Shown: one piece after another, positions 11,001 through 20,400 of the stretch
Numbering within the stretch: the first letter of the stretch is position 1
How the letters are laid out: each line of letters begins with the position of its first letter
Assembly (NCBI GenBank): GCA_042408215.1
Contig: JAYFMW010000007.1
Location: 96,001 to 160,000 of the forward strand
Direction: 5' to 3'
DNA: 64,000 bases
DNA from: Microcoleus sp.
GTDB lineage: Bacteria > Cyanobacteriota > Cyanobacteriia > Cyanobacteriales > Microcoleaceae
The notes under the pieces: model-generated
The model's input: only the letters and a program-made list of their open reading frames with translations
Databases searched by the model: none
Told to the model about the DNA's origin: nothing
Position numbers and translations under genes: made by a program

Positions 11001-11660
11001 CGGCAAAAGTGTAAAACCATGAGTCAACACACTCACGCTGCTGAAAGGACTGTTGCTAACAGGAGGTATGGTTTGAAACTGCCCCAAATCTTTGGTCACA
11101 GCCCCGCTATTACTCACAGCTTCAACAGCAAAATTGTAGTTCTGCCCCGCAGTAAGACTCCTCGGTAGCGTGAAGTTAGTGCTAGTATTTGCGGGGTCAT
11201 TTAAAGGTTGGTTAAGAGGCGTAATCCCGTCATGGCCGTACCACTTGTTAGTATCTTTCTTCCAAGTCGCCGTCAGAATCCGGTTGGGATTGAAATCGTC
11301 ATAACCGTTCCAAGGCTTGGAAAGAAGTTGACGCTTTTGTGTTTCCGAGAATCCGGGAAGGAGTGCCGAATCTGATAAATTGACAACCTTATCCCAGGGC
11401 AATAAACCCTTCCCTTTATCGAAGGTACTGACAAAAAGATTAACCTCTTTCACATCCTCCCAACCCGGAGCAAACTGCCATTGAAAAGTCGGAGTCAGGT
11501 CACTTGTAGTTGCACCAGACCCCTTCAAATTCAGCCAGTCAGTCGGTGCAATGCTCAAATCCCGTAAATTTCCCCCAGTACCGATGGGTGCGCGTGTTGT
11601 ACCTGACGGCACCCCATAAGTAAACTGATTAGCAGGTCGGTTCTCCTGAAGAATCCCATA
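8067..11660 (-). CDS. Orphan toxin C-terminal cassette: GxSxG hydrolase, NucA-like nuclease (VQGH) and acidic tail
   Basis: ORF 8067-11612; homology extends upstream (YGILQENRPANQFTYGV) to about 11660; close paralog of cassette 3641. Confidence 0.85.
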   Translation of the reverse strand, partial: YGILQENRPANQFTYGVPSGTTRAPIGTGGNLRDLSIAPTDWLNLKGSGATTSDLTPTFQWQFAPGWEDVKEVNLFVSTFDKGKGLLPWDKVVNLSDSALLPGFSETQKRQLLSKPWNGYDDFNPNRILTATWKKDTNKWYGHDGITPLNQPLNDPANTSTNFTLPRSLTAGQNYNFAVEAVSNSGAVTKDLGQFQTIPPVSNSPFSSVSVLTHGFTLLPVQSGIPDSFFQMANKIATVSGNTPENSGLIMRYDKPTGNWIPIDLQGRVITELTDGLNTSETAYLSTLANKLKAGVVIDGKEIKYLNKNKPLVLLNEWSLDRESVIPDVGFSEGAADALFASMVQLDLALGGKVGEYEGNQLKRLYDSQGKLIRQQGDLFNSPMHFMGFSRGTVVNSEIVQRLGTFFPQAGGTSMANRDLQMTTIDPHDFYQPSLNLQLPGFISTNFSDFYEPKVQVWNNVTFADNYYQTVANPNGLTATPNGRALGQLPQEELDKNPKPAGLNFPTVNGVTLGQADREILLGTRQGEPDRINSRIGFTKDDSIAGTHKRAFGWYAGTVDLDLEEVLLQYPHVEASEKPQAVNDMLGKMGLPELFDPNFPAAKPWYDNGNGEGVGEGWFYSVLGGGKEQRQYSPTGRVPVSFDNTLEAGMRGDYAVPTLFNGNFDQYIPNKSAAENLGRNAISQEIPGWSFHNSATSKLADPTKHLVNWSTIDSLKQRSLRHNNEIPGTSYLERMGIDSNDPNFSNYALELKGGDSMTHNRFVVPDWGSLRFNIHVPKEAANGHGKLKVTLKDVASGEEITEIILLDEANFLTGTSDSFYNNDLEKDAARKLGYATRGFETFNVFDTFYQGSTQQKELDKFRGKTATLKFELEGSDAVYLDDVFFKSSSLKFGEPTPKNGSSPARYSGAAYDGNLYKDNLLLEKPQYTLSYNGTGNIPNWASFQIDKSSIYLPGEPNPTERSFIIDKSLPPNFNRVSSNDYDSAVPLGYVQGHQTPLAARSITIKDKRFVNLMTNIVPQQIKNNSPLWEKFENYGQDFAKEGKEVYVINGIHGIKDRFDADGKTIQIPANLWKVMLVLDKPGADPTTTPVYAVGFYYPNEDPGKIATKWRNKDWSKIDDRTQRPVWSLEEIENEIGYDLFPLLPQEIKKDIKDIKYIFPKQKSIGDTWDSLPWKSNPPPPPEDPTDPEEESEELESE

Positions 11661-11724
11661 GTTAAATATCCTAACCTTCTTTTACTCCTTTTTATAATAC
11701 CTAGAGAATTGTAGTATAATTTAT

Positions 11725-11836
11725 AAACATGAATGTTGAACTTCAAAATACCGGATTTAGGCACAACAAACTGATTGTGTGTAATGCTGTTATCAGATGT
11801 TAATCTCAAAGCATAGTTAGGTTTAGCTGGATCGTA
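11725..11836 (-). pseudogene. Degenerate toxin-cassette fragment
   Basis: YDPAKPNYALRLTSDNSITHNQFVVPKSGILKFNIHV versus YDPAQPNYALKLTSDDSITHNRFVVPDWGTLRFNLHV in cassette 13722. Confidence 0.8.
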
Positions 11837-11858
11837 GTAGAGATTTAGGAGGAGAGTT

Positions 11859-12800
11859 ATGGACAGAGAAGAATTACTGAGACGATATGCTAATCGGGAA
11901 AGAGATTTTTCTGGGAGCGATCTGACTAATGTTGATTTAACTGGCATTAACTTAAGTCACGCTAATTTTACAGAGTCTAACTTGAGAAATATCAACTTGC
12001 TTAATGCCAATCTCAGTCATGCCAATTTCTCGAATTCAGGCTGGGAAGAAAGCAATCTGCGGGGGGTGAATTTGAGAGGAGCCAACTTAGAAGGTGTTGT
12101 GATGAGAGATATTATTTTAGAGAACGCTGATTTAACTGATATTAACTTGAGCAATGCTGAACTCAATGAAGTTTACCTCATGGGTGCTAATCTAACTGGT
12201 GCCAACTTGAGTAATGCTTCTTTGTATATTGTGAGTCTTGCCTCTGCTAACTTGGAGCAAGCTATATTCCGCAATACTACTCTTGATGAAGTTAGTTTTG
12301 AGCCTCCAAATCCACGATATATAGAAGTTCGTAAATTGCTCGAACAGTACGCTGCTGGGGAGAGAAATTTTGCGGGAATTAAGGTTAATAACACTGCCCT
12401 GAGCGGGGTTGACCTAAGTGGAATCAATTTGAGCAAAGCCCACCTTATGACTCTCAATTTGAGCAATGCCAATTTGAGTAATGCTCACTTGCAGGGAGCT
12501 AGAATGCTTGGTACTAACCTAAGTGGCGCGAATCTGAGCGGGGCTAATCTAAGCAATGCCGACCTCAGCGGTACGAATCTGAGAAAAGCTAATTTGAACG
12601 ATGCCGACTTAAGAGATGCTATTTTGAGTGGTGCTGATTTGACCGAGGCTGACTGCGAGAGAACCAAAACTGAAAATGTTATTTTGGTGGCAACCAACCT
12701 GACAGGTGCCAAAGGTTTTGGCAGTGGGATAGGATCTTTTGTCTGCAAAACCATTGAACCAGGGGGAGAATTCGTAGAGGGACCCGATTGGATTGAGTAA
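11859..12800 (+). CDS. Pentapeptide repeat protein, two-module fusion
   Basis: Two N-caps (MDREELLRRY..RERDF and internal EVRKLLEQYAAGERNF); strong RBS aggaggag. Confidence 0.92.
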   Translation: MDREELLRRYANRERDFSGSDLTNVDLTGINLSHANFTESNLRNINLLNANLSHANFSNSGWEESNLRGVNLRGANLEGVVMRDIILENADLTDINLSNAELNEVYLMGANLTGANLSNASLYIVSLASANLEQAIFRNTTLDEVSFEPPNPRYIEVRKLLEQYAAGERNFAGIKVNNTALSGVDLSGINLSKAHLMTLNLSNANLSNAHLQGARMLGTNLSGANLSGANLSNADLSGTNLRKANLNDADLRDAILSGADLTEADCERTKTENVILVATNLTGAKGFGSGIGSFVCKTIEPGGEFVEGPDWIE

Positions 12801-12950
12801 ATAAACTTATAAATTTAATATTATACCAATATTAATTTAACAGTTTTGAGTAGCGATAGGAGACCAGAAATAATCAGAATTTTATTCATAAAAGGTAAGA
12901 GTGAAAGTGCGTGCTAATATGAAAGCATAAACAACTTGCATAAGAAAGCT

Positions 12951-13631
12951 ATGGACGTTGAAGAACTATATAGGCGTTACGCTGCGGGAGAGAGGGATTT
13001 CTCTGGAGTTGATTTAAGTCGTGCTAACTTAAACGTTGCTGACGTGACATACGTCGAAGACCTAGAACCAGGTCAAAATGACTTGAGCGGTATCAATCTC
13101 AGCGGTGCTAACTTGACTAAAGCAAATCTGAGTCTTGTTAATCTCAGCGGTGCTAACTTAAGCGATGCTCAACTTGATTGGGCTAAGCTAGCTGAAGCTG
13201 ACCTATCGGGGGTCAATCTTAGCAATGCTAGTTTATCTTCTGCCGAATTATGCCGAATCGATCTGAGTGGAGCTGACTTAAGTGGGGCAAATTTGGATTG
13301 TACTGACTCAACAGGAGCCAACTTAAGGGGAGCTAACCTCAGCGGGGCAAGTATAGCTGAAGCTATATGGGAAGCAACTGACTTGAGCGGTGCTAATTTG
13401 AGCGAAGCTAATTTGACACAAAGCGCTCTTTGCAATGCCAATTTAACAGGGGCTTGCTTAAGAGATACAAATTTAGAGGAGCCTTCGCTAGATGGAGCTA
13501 ATTTAACCAATGTAGACTTAAGTGAATCTTTCATCAATTTAGATATGGCTAACATTAACAGAATTAGGGGCGCAATTTTGTGTAATACAACTATGCCAGA
13601 TGGCAGTATTAGGAATGACCATTGTCAGTAA
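12951..13631 (+). CDS. Pentapeptide repeat protein (subtype B, N-terminal loop), convergent with cassette 13722
   Basis: ATG at 12951 gives the family N-cap MDVEELYRRYAAGERDF (the track starts at TTG 12936); CNTTMPDG C-cap. Confidence 0.9.
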   Translation: MDVEELYRRYAAGERDFSGVDLSRANLNVADVTYVEDLEPGQNDLSGINLSGANLTKANLSLVNLSGANLSDAQLDWAKLAEADLSGVNLSNASLSSAELCRIDLSGADLSGANLDCTDSTGANLRGANLSGASIAEAIWEATDLSGANLSEANLTQSALCNANLTGACLRDTNLEEPSLDGANLTNVDLSESFINLDMANINRIRGAILCNTTMPDGSIRNDHCQ

Positions 13632-13652
13632 ATAAGTTTTCTGTATTAAAAG

Positions 13653-13682
13653 TAGCGAGGAAGAATTGATTCGCCCTCGCTA
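13653..13682. terminator. Possible hairpin terminator between a convergent pair
   Basis: tagcgagg...cctcgcta inverted repeat. Confidence 0.45.
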
Positions 13683-13721
13683 GTTAAGCAATTATTGCCA
13701 AGTGTTAGCTACTACCAAAAC

Positions 13722-15331
13722 TTAGGTAACTACATTTGGAAAATCATTAACTGTCACTGAACCAATATAGGATCGGCTCTCCAATATATTTTCAATTTCA
13801 TCTGGGAGGTTGGAGAGAAGGTCAAGACCTGTAAGTTCTTCAATCCTGTCAACAGTAGTTATGTTTTCCGGATCAAACCACGGTATTCGCGTTGTACCGG
13901 GATAATTAGGAAAATTAGGTAGCATGACAGCTATTACAGGTGTATTTGCTGTTACATCTGCTATACCTTGTCCAGGTCTTAGAGGTACAATCACTTTCCA
14001 CATGAATTCAGGAAGATTAATGTTCTCTATATTGAGGGGGTTATCGGGTGGTAATTCGTCATTATACGATTCATATCCACCCGCAATGTTATACAATTCC
14101 CAACCACGATCCTTAACAATTCCCTTACTAAAGACTTCTAACGCTCGCCATGCTCCTCTTTGATTCTCCCCTGGTTCTTGTGGAAGTAAGTTCGTTGTCA
14201 GGAATGTAGCAAACTGATCTTTCTGAGTTCTTTGACGCTGTTCTCTAGCAGTCAAGTGACCTCGGTCAAAACCACTATTTCGGTATTCCCATCCCTCGGT
14301 TGTATCTAATTCACTGGGAAGTGCGCTATCTGACCTCCAAGGGAAAGGATCGTAAGGCTCTGCACCACCCCCCTGTGGTGATCCAAGATTGCCCAACCAC
14401 GTTTTGTTGAGCTGCCAACTCACCCAATTAGAACCTTTGTTACTCTCATTATAAGACAGCGAATACTGTGGTTTTTCAATCAAATAGTTGTTGGCATTAG
14501 CAGCGGCATTCGGTCTAGCTACTTGTCCGTTTAAAGTGGGATTACCAAACATGAGATGAGTGCTCTTAAAGAAGACATCATCAAGATAAACTGTATCATT
14601 CCCTTCCAACTCAAACTTAAGCTTAGCTGACTTGCCCCGCAACACTTCAGGTACATCAACATGGAAAGTTTCAAACCCTACATTACCATAACCAATCCGG
14701 TTAGTGTCAGTATCAGCATAGCCTGTAGGGTAAGCGATTTCTGCTAAATCACCTGGATTAACTCGACCATCGGCCACTCTCAAGTCAATATTACCTATGG
14801 GTTGATAATTTTCATAACCAGGTTCATCGCCTTGGATAGAAACCTTTAACGTGCCACCATTAGGATTAGGAACATGAAGATTAAATCGCAAAGTCCCCCA
14901 ATCAGGCACAACAAACCGATTGTGTGTAATGCTGTCATCAGATGTTAATTTCAGAGCATAGTTAGGTTGGGCTGGATCGTACCCTACCAGTGTCCTGTAA
15001 TTGTCAAGACTAGGAATATCCCTCCAATCAACTAACCTACTTGTCGGCGACGCAATATTTGACGTACCGCCGTGAAAAGACCAACCAGGAATCGCATCAG
15101 AAATCGCATTTCGGAACAAACTACGCGGATTAAAGACAGCATCAAAATTGCCACCAAAAAGAGTAGGAATCGCAAAATCTCCCCGCATCCTGCTTTCTGC
15201 TGTATTGTCAAAAGAAAGAGGCACGCGCTCCACATTATTAGTCGGTCGCAAATTAGCGATCGCACCCGTATTAGGATCTTTAGTCAAACCACCTCCAACA
15301 ACAGAATAGAACTAACCAGTACCAATACCCT
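13722..15331 (-). CDS. Orphan toxin C-terminal cassette: NucA-like nuclease (DRGH); homology arm carries an in-frame stop
   Basis: ORF 13722-15287 has FDRGHLTAREQR...ATFLTTNLLPQ; upstream arm reads GIGTG*FYSVVGGGLTKD (TGG>TAG at 15312-15314). Confidence 0.85.
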
Positions 15332-15397
15332 TCTTTCTAATCAAAAAATGAGGTATTATTAACAGCCTACAATGATTATAAACTAAGGACAAAAGTT

Positions 15398-15985
15398 ATG
15401 GATGCCGAACAATTACTAAGACGATACGCTGATGGTGAAAGAGATTTTGAAGGTGTTGACTTGAGAAGGGTTGATCTATGTAATGCCAATTTGAGCGGTA
15501 TTAATTTGAGAAATTCTTATATTGAAGAAAGTGGGCTGATACACATCAATTTGAGCGGTGCCAATTTAGAGGGTATTGATTTAAGGGATATTGTTTTGGA
15601 AAATGCCAACTTGAGTGCTGTGAATATGATCGAGGCTAACTTAAGTGAAGTCAATTTGATGTGTGCCAATATAACAGATGCAAATTTTAATGGTGCTTGC
15701 CTTTCTAATGTCCGCCTTCTCTACGCTAACCTATCGAGAAGTATATTCAGAAATACCAAGATGAATGAAGTTGATTTTGATGGTACTAACTTGGCCGATG
15801 CTGATTTTAGAGATGCTAAAGATGCTTATCTTGATGATATATACATCTTCGATCCCTACCTAAGATATGCTGCCGTTAAGCCTGTTAGCCCGAATCTTAT
15901 TGAGAGAGGAGGGGCTATTTTTTGTCACACTATTATGCCAGATGGGAGTATCTGTAATGACGGTTGCGATCGAATCAGATCGTGA
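15398..15985 (+). CDS. Pentapeptide repeat protein
   Basis: Family N-cap and CHTIMPDG C-cap; resembles the N-terminal half of 11859. Confidence 0.9.
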   Translation: MDAEQLLRRYADGERDFEGVDLRRVDLCNANLSGINLRNSYIEESGLIHINLSGANLEGIDLRDIVLENANLSAVNMIEANLSEVNLMCANITDANFNGACLSNVRLLYANLSRSIFRNTKMNEVDFDGTNLADADFRDAKDAYLDDIYIFDPYLRYAAVKPVSPNLIERGGAIFCHTIMPDGSICNDGCDRIRS

Positions 15986-16059
15986 AACCAGCCACCTATC
16001 CTATGGAGAACTACTAACAATAGGATCTATAATCGTAATAGAGATTTAGGAGGAGAGTT

Positions 16060-16539
16060 ATGGATGCTAAAGAATTGCTCGAGAGGTACGCTGCTGGAGA
16101 AAAAGATTTTAGCGGAGTTGATTTGAGTGCTGTAAACCTTGTCCGCGCCTACCTTCCCGAAATTAACTTGAGCAACGCCAACTTGAGAGGAGCTAACTTT
16201 GTCTGTGCTGAACTCAACGGAGCCAATCTTAGTGGAGCCGATTTAAGTAGAGCTGCTTTGAGCGGAGCGACCTTGGAAAATGCCGATTTGAGTAGAGCAG
16301 ATTTAACTGAAGCGAATTTAGCTGATTGTATTTTGGAGGGAGCAGATTTAACTGAAGCTGATTTGAGCAGAGCGAACCTTATCGAAGCTCCCCTTATTAA
16401 TGCAAATTTGACCAGAGCTATACTGGATGATGCTTTATTAGGCAGCCCTTTGCTTGAAGGAGCCAATTTGACCGGGGTTGATTTGAGCAAGGCCAGAATG
16501 GATGTCTTTCCCTACGGATATGAGTTCTTAGACACCTAA
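16060..16539 (+). CDS. Pentapeptide repeat protein
   Basis: N-cap MDAKELLERYAAGEKDF; same 21-nt leader (tagagatttaggaggagagtt) as 11859. Confidence 0.9.
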   Translation: MDAKELLERYAAGEKDFSGVDLSAVNLVRAYLPEINLSNANLRGANFVCAELNGANLSGADLSRAALSGATLENADLSRADLTEANLADCILEGADLTEADLSRANLIEAPLINANLTRAILDDALLGSPLLEGANLTGVDLSKARMDVFPYGYEFLDT

Positions 16540-16821
16540 ATTACTCGTTGCGATCCACGAAGAAATGAGGAGAAGGGAGAGAGAGGATTCATGCTTCAAA
16601 AAATGACTAGCCTTTCTAGTTGATTAGTTAACTCAATAGTTCTCACGTAAAGTTCACTAATACTCGTCATCTTTTTAGTTATTTCTAAGGAAGATTAATT
16701 GAAATTAATTCCTCAGTATTCAAAAGTGCAAATTAAATGCAGACAACTAGCATCAGACATTGGCAAAGTCTTGCTATATTGATAGTATAAACTGATATTC
16801 TAAATAGAGGGAGGGAAAAAC

Positions 16822-17310
16822 TTGAACGTTGAAGAACTATATAGGCGCTACGCTGCCGGAGAGAGGGATTTCTCTGGAGTTGATTTAAGTCATGCTAACT
16901 TAAACGTTGCTAAAGTGGGTGATATCAGAGACCTCCCACCAGGTCAAAATGAGTTGATCGGTATCAATCTCAGCGGTGCAAACTTGACCAGAGCTATTTT
17001 GAGTTTTGTAAATCTCAGCGGTGCAAACTTGAGTAGTGCAAACCTAGAATTTGCGATCCTATTAGGTACTATATTGACTGGTGCCAATCTGAGTCATGCT
17101 ATCCTAAATTATGCCGACGAGGTATGCGACCTAATTGATGTTGACTTGAGAGAAGCCAGTCTATTTTGTACGCGATTGCTTGGTTCTAACCTAACCAGAG
17201 CTAACTTGATGGGGGCAACATTGAAAATCGTACCAAAGGGTCGTTTGATTTTTAGTGATACCATCATGCCAGATGGTACTATTAATAATGAAGATGAAAA
17301 TTATGGTTAG
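16822..17310 (+). CDS. Pentapeptide repeat protein (subtype B), convergent with cassette 17485
   Basis: TTG start after gagggaggg; shares the ANLNVA...DLxPGQNxLxGINLSG loop with 12951. Confidence 0.88.
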   Translation: MNVEELYRRYAAGERDFSGVDLSHANLNVAKVGDIRDLPPGQNELIGINLSGANLTRAILSFVNLSGANLSSANLEFAILLGTILTGANLSHAILNYADEVCDLIDVDLREASLFCTRLLGSNLTRANLMGATLKIVPKGRLIFSDTIMPDGTINNEDENYG

Positions 17311-17484
17311 CCTAAATCATTTGTGCAATAGCGTGTAATAGTAATGCTTGCTGAAGCAGCTTTTCCGATATTTTTGCTTTGCACAACTCATTTAGGTTCG
17401 CTATAGTTCAATCTCATTAAAACCCAAGAGCCTGATAAGCCAAGTCAGCTTGACAGCAGGCTACTTTGTTTGTTGTCTAGATCA

Positions 17485-20400
17485 TCAGCCTCCTGATTCG
17501 ATTATTTCCTCAATCTCATCAGGAATATTTGAGAAGAAGTCAAGCCCAGTCAAAGCCTCGATTTCGTTAACAGTCAGCTTCCATGTTTGCCAATTTCTCC
17601 AAGCAGCTTTGTTTGGTATATCTGGACGACTTAACCCCAACAAAGCATTGAATGGGTGAGGAACTGATAGCGCAAAATCTCCATTATTACCTACTGTGCC
17701 ATTTGGATTAGCTGGTACGTGATCTGGTTCAACCTCGTTGGGTGTTAAAATGCCGTAAGTTGCAGCGTTAGCAATTGTGACACCAGCAGGAGTCAGTCCT
17801 GGTTGCTCTAAATCCAGTACAACCTTCCAAGTCCAACCAGGAATATTAATTCCTTTATTTATAAGAATTTGGGGATTTGTTAATGTGGTAGGTTCCGAGT
17901 AATGACTGAAACGCTGCGGATCGGGATTGCTGCCATAACCCCCAGCCACAACATAAAGCTCTTTTGGGGTCTCAGTAATTGGATCGCTCTTAGTAATCTT
18001 TTTAAGAAAATCGTCAAAACTTGTCCATACTGCACGATCTGGGATTTCTCCAGTAAACACCTCATTGTTATCAAAATGCTGTGGAATTACATTTGTCAAC
18101 AGAAAAGTAGCTATGTTGTCTTTTTCGCTATTAGTTCGGTGATCCGAAGGTAGCAGATGCCCCTTTCGATATTCACTGCCAACGTAGTCTTCATTTACGA
18201 TCCGACCCCAGCTTTCAGGAATACTTTGATCTTCAATAAAGTTGATTTTTGAACGAGGAGTTTCATCCAGCCACTTTTGATTCATTTGCCAACTTACCCA
18301 TTTAGGAGTTTTACTGCTGTCATTGTAAGCAGTCGCAAACTGTGCTTTCTCTAGCAAATAGTTATTGCTATCCGCAACATTAAGGTTAGTTGTATTCCTC
18401 GCATCTGAGGGATTTCCAAACAGTAGATGTTGACTTTTGAAGAATACATTATCTAAGTAAACAGTACCGCCACCAACAACTTCAAACTTGAGGGTTGCTA
18501 CTTGACCACGCAAATTGTCAGGTACCTCAAATTGGAAAGTCTCAAACCCTTGAATTCCATAATCAATCTTTTGAGTGTCTGCTAAGTAAGAACCTCGTGT
18601 GCGATTTGCTCGCGTCAAGTTGACCGATGATGAAACGCCTAAAGGACTTCCATCTGCTGCTTCTAAAGTGACCAAAACACTTCTTCCCGAACCCAGTTCT
18701 GCTTCTGGAACATGGAGGTCAAACCGTAAATTTCCCCAATCAGGTACAACAAAACGGTTGTGAGTAATACTTTTACCTGATTCTAGCTTCAGAGCATAAT
18801 TTTGTTGAGTGCGATCGACTCCAATTCTATCGAGTTCTGCGTGCAAAGCCGGAGCATCACTTGCAGATAGCTGATTCACATCAACGAGATTATTTGTAGA
18901 CACACTAGCCGATGTTTCATCATTATGAAAAGACCAGCCCGGAATCGCATCAGAAATCGCATTTCGGAACAAACTACCCGGATTAAAAACAGCATCAAAA
19001 TTGCCACCAAAAAGAGTAGGAACCGCAAAATCACCCCGCATCCGCCTTTCCGCTGTATTGTCAAAAGAAAGAGGCACGCGCTCCAGAGTATTAGTCGGTC
19101 GCAAATTAGTAATCGCACCCGTATTGGGATCTTTAGTCAAACCACCTCCAAGAACAGAATAGAACCAACCAGTACCAATACCCTCATTGGGAGCATTAGC
19201 AGCACCCAGAGAAAAGTTAGGTTGCCCGCTATATTTAGGCGTGTACCAGGGGTTGACACGAGGGTCTTGAGGACTTCCACTGAAAGAAAAGTCTCTGTCA
19301 AACAGTTGCTCGTAATGCCCATCACCCCGACGCCGCGAGATCGGGTCAACAGGTTGCGTACTAGAAGAATTTTGGCGATACTCAGTTAGTCCCAGGTCAG
19401 CAGTCCCCGCATACCACGTCAGGACTCGCCCGTGCGGCCCCCCAGCGAGATCGTCTTTCGTAAACCCCGGCAAACTATTTTCATAACCATCAGCATTGCG
19501 TCGAGTACCCAAGAAAACCGTTTCGTCAGGTTTCCCTAGAAGTTCCCCCGCACTGTTTCTGGGAAATTTGAGACCTGCTCTAATCTCTGTTCGCAGAGCA
19601 TCGGGCCCGCTCAAATTGGGAATGTCTCGACCCGCAGGTGTCAGCGTAGGAATTTGTGGAATGCCTTGGTCTAGCCTGGGTACCGTTTGGTAGTAGTTGT
19701 CGGCAAAAGTCACATTCTTCCAAACCTGAACCTTCGGTTCGCGGAAATCTGCAAATCCCGCTTCTCCTAGAAATGGTAACTGTACCGAAAAACTTGGTTG
19801 GTCAAAATCATGGGGATCTAATGTAGTCATCTGGAGGTCGCGAAACAGAGAATTCTCCTTCCCGCCAGCTAGAGGGAAGTAAGTCCCTACACGCTGAATC
19901 ATTTCGCTATTGACCACAGCCCCCCGACTGAAGCCAACAAAGTGCAGTGGCGAATTGAAAATTGCCCCCTGAGAGCGAACAAAATTCCCTTGGCTGTCGA
20001 ACTTAGCACCACCTCCGAGCGACTGATCTAGCTGCACTAGCGAAGCAAAGAAACTATCTGCTGCTCCCTCCGTGAAGCCAGAATCGGGAATAGCTGACTC
20101 ATTATTTTGAGACCAGTCAGGCAGAAGCACTAATGGTTTGTTGGCTTGGAGGTAGGGAGCTATATAGCTCGACAAAGCAGTACGATAACTGGGAGCGGCT
20201 TGGTCAAAACCATTAGGAAAATAAGTTGAATTACTAAAGAAATCACCCAAGACTTGCCCGTATTTATCGACCGGAACCCAGTTACCTGTGGGCGAGTCGT
20301 AGCGCATGAGCAATCCTTCACCCCCAGTAGTAGCAATGCTGTCAGCCATTTTGTAGAATTCGCTGGGAATCCCTGGTCCGGTAATGACCGGAGGCTTAAA

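Noticed and set aside
11555..11947. 130-aa minus-strand ORF as a real gene
   Set aside because: It is a chimera of PRP antisense sequence, a cassette relic and an out-of-frame homology arm.
622..16490. Short minus-strand ORFs overlapping PRP genes
   Set aside because: Antisense frames of pentapeptide repeats (QVS../LKLAP periodicity).
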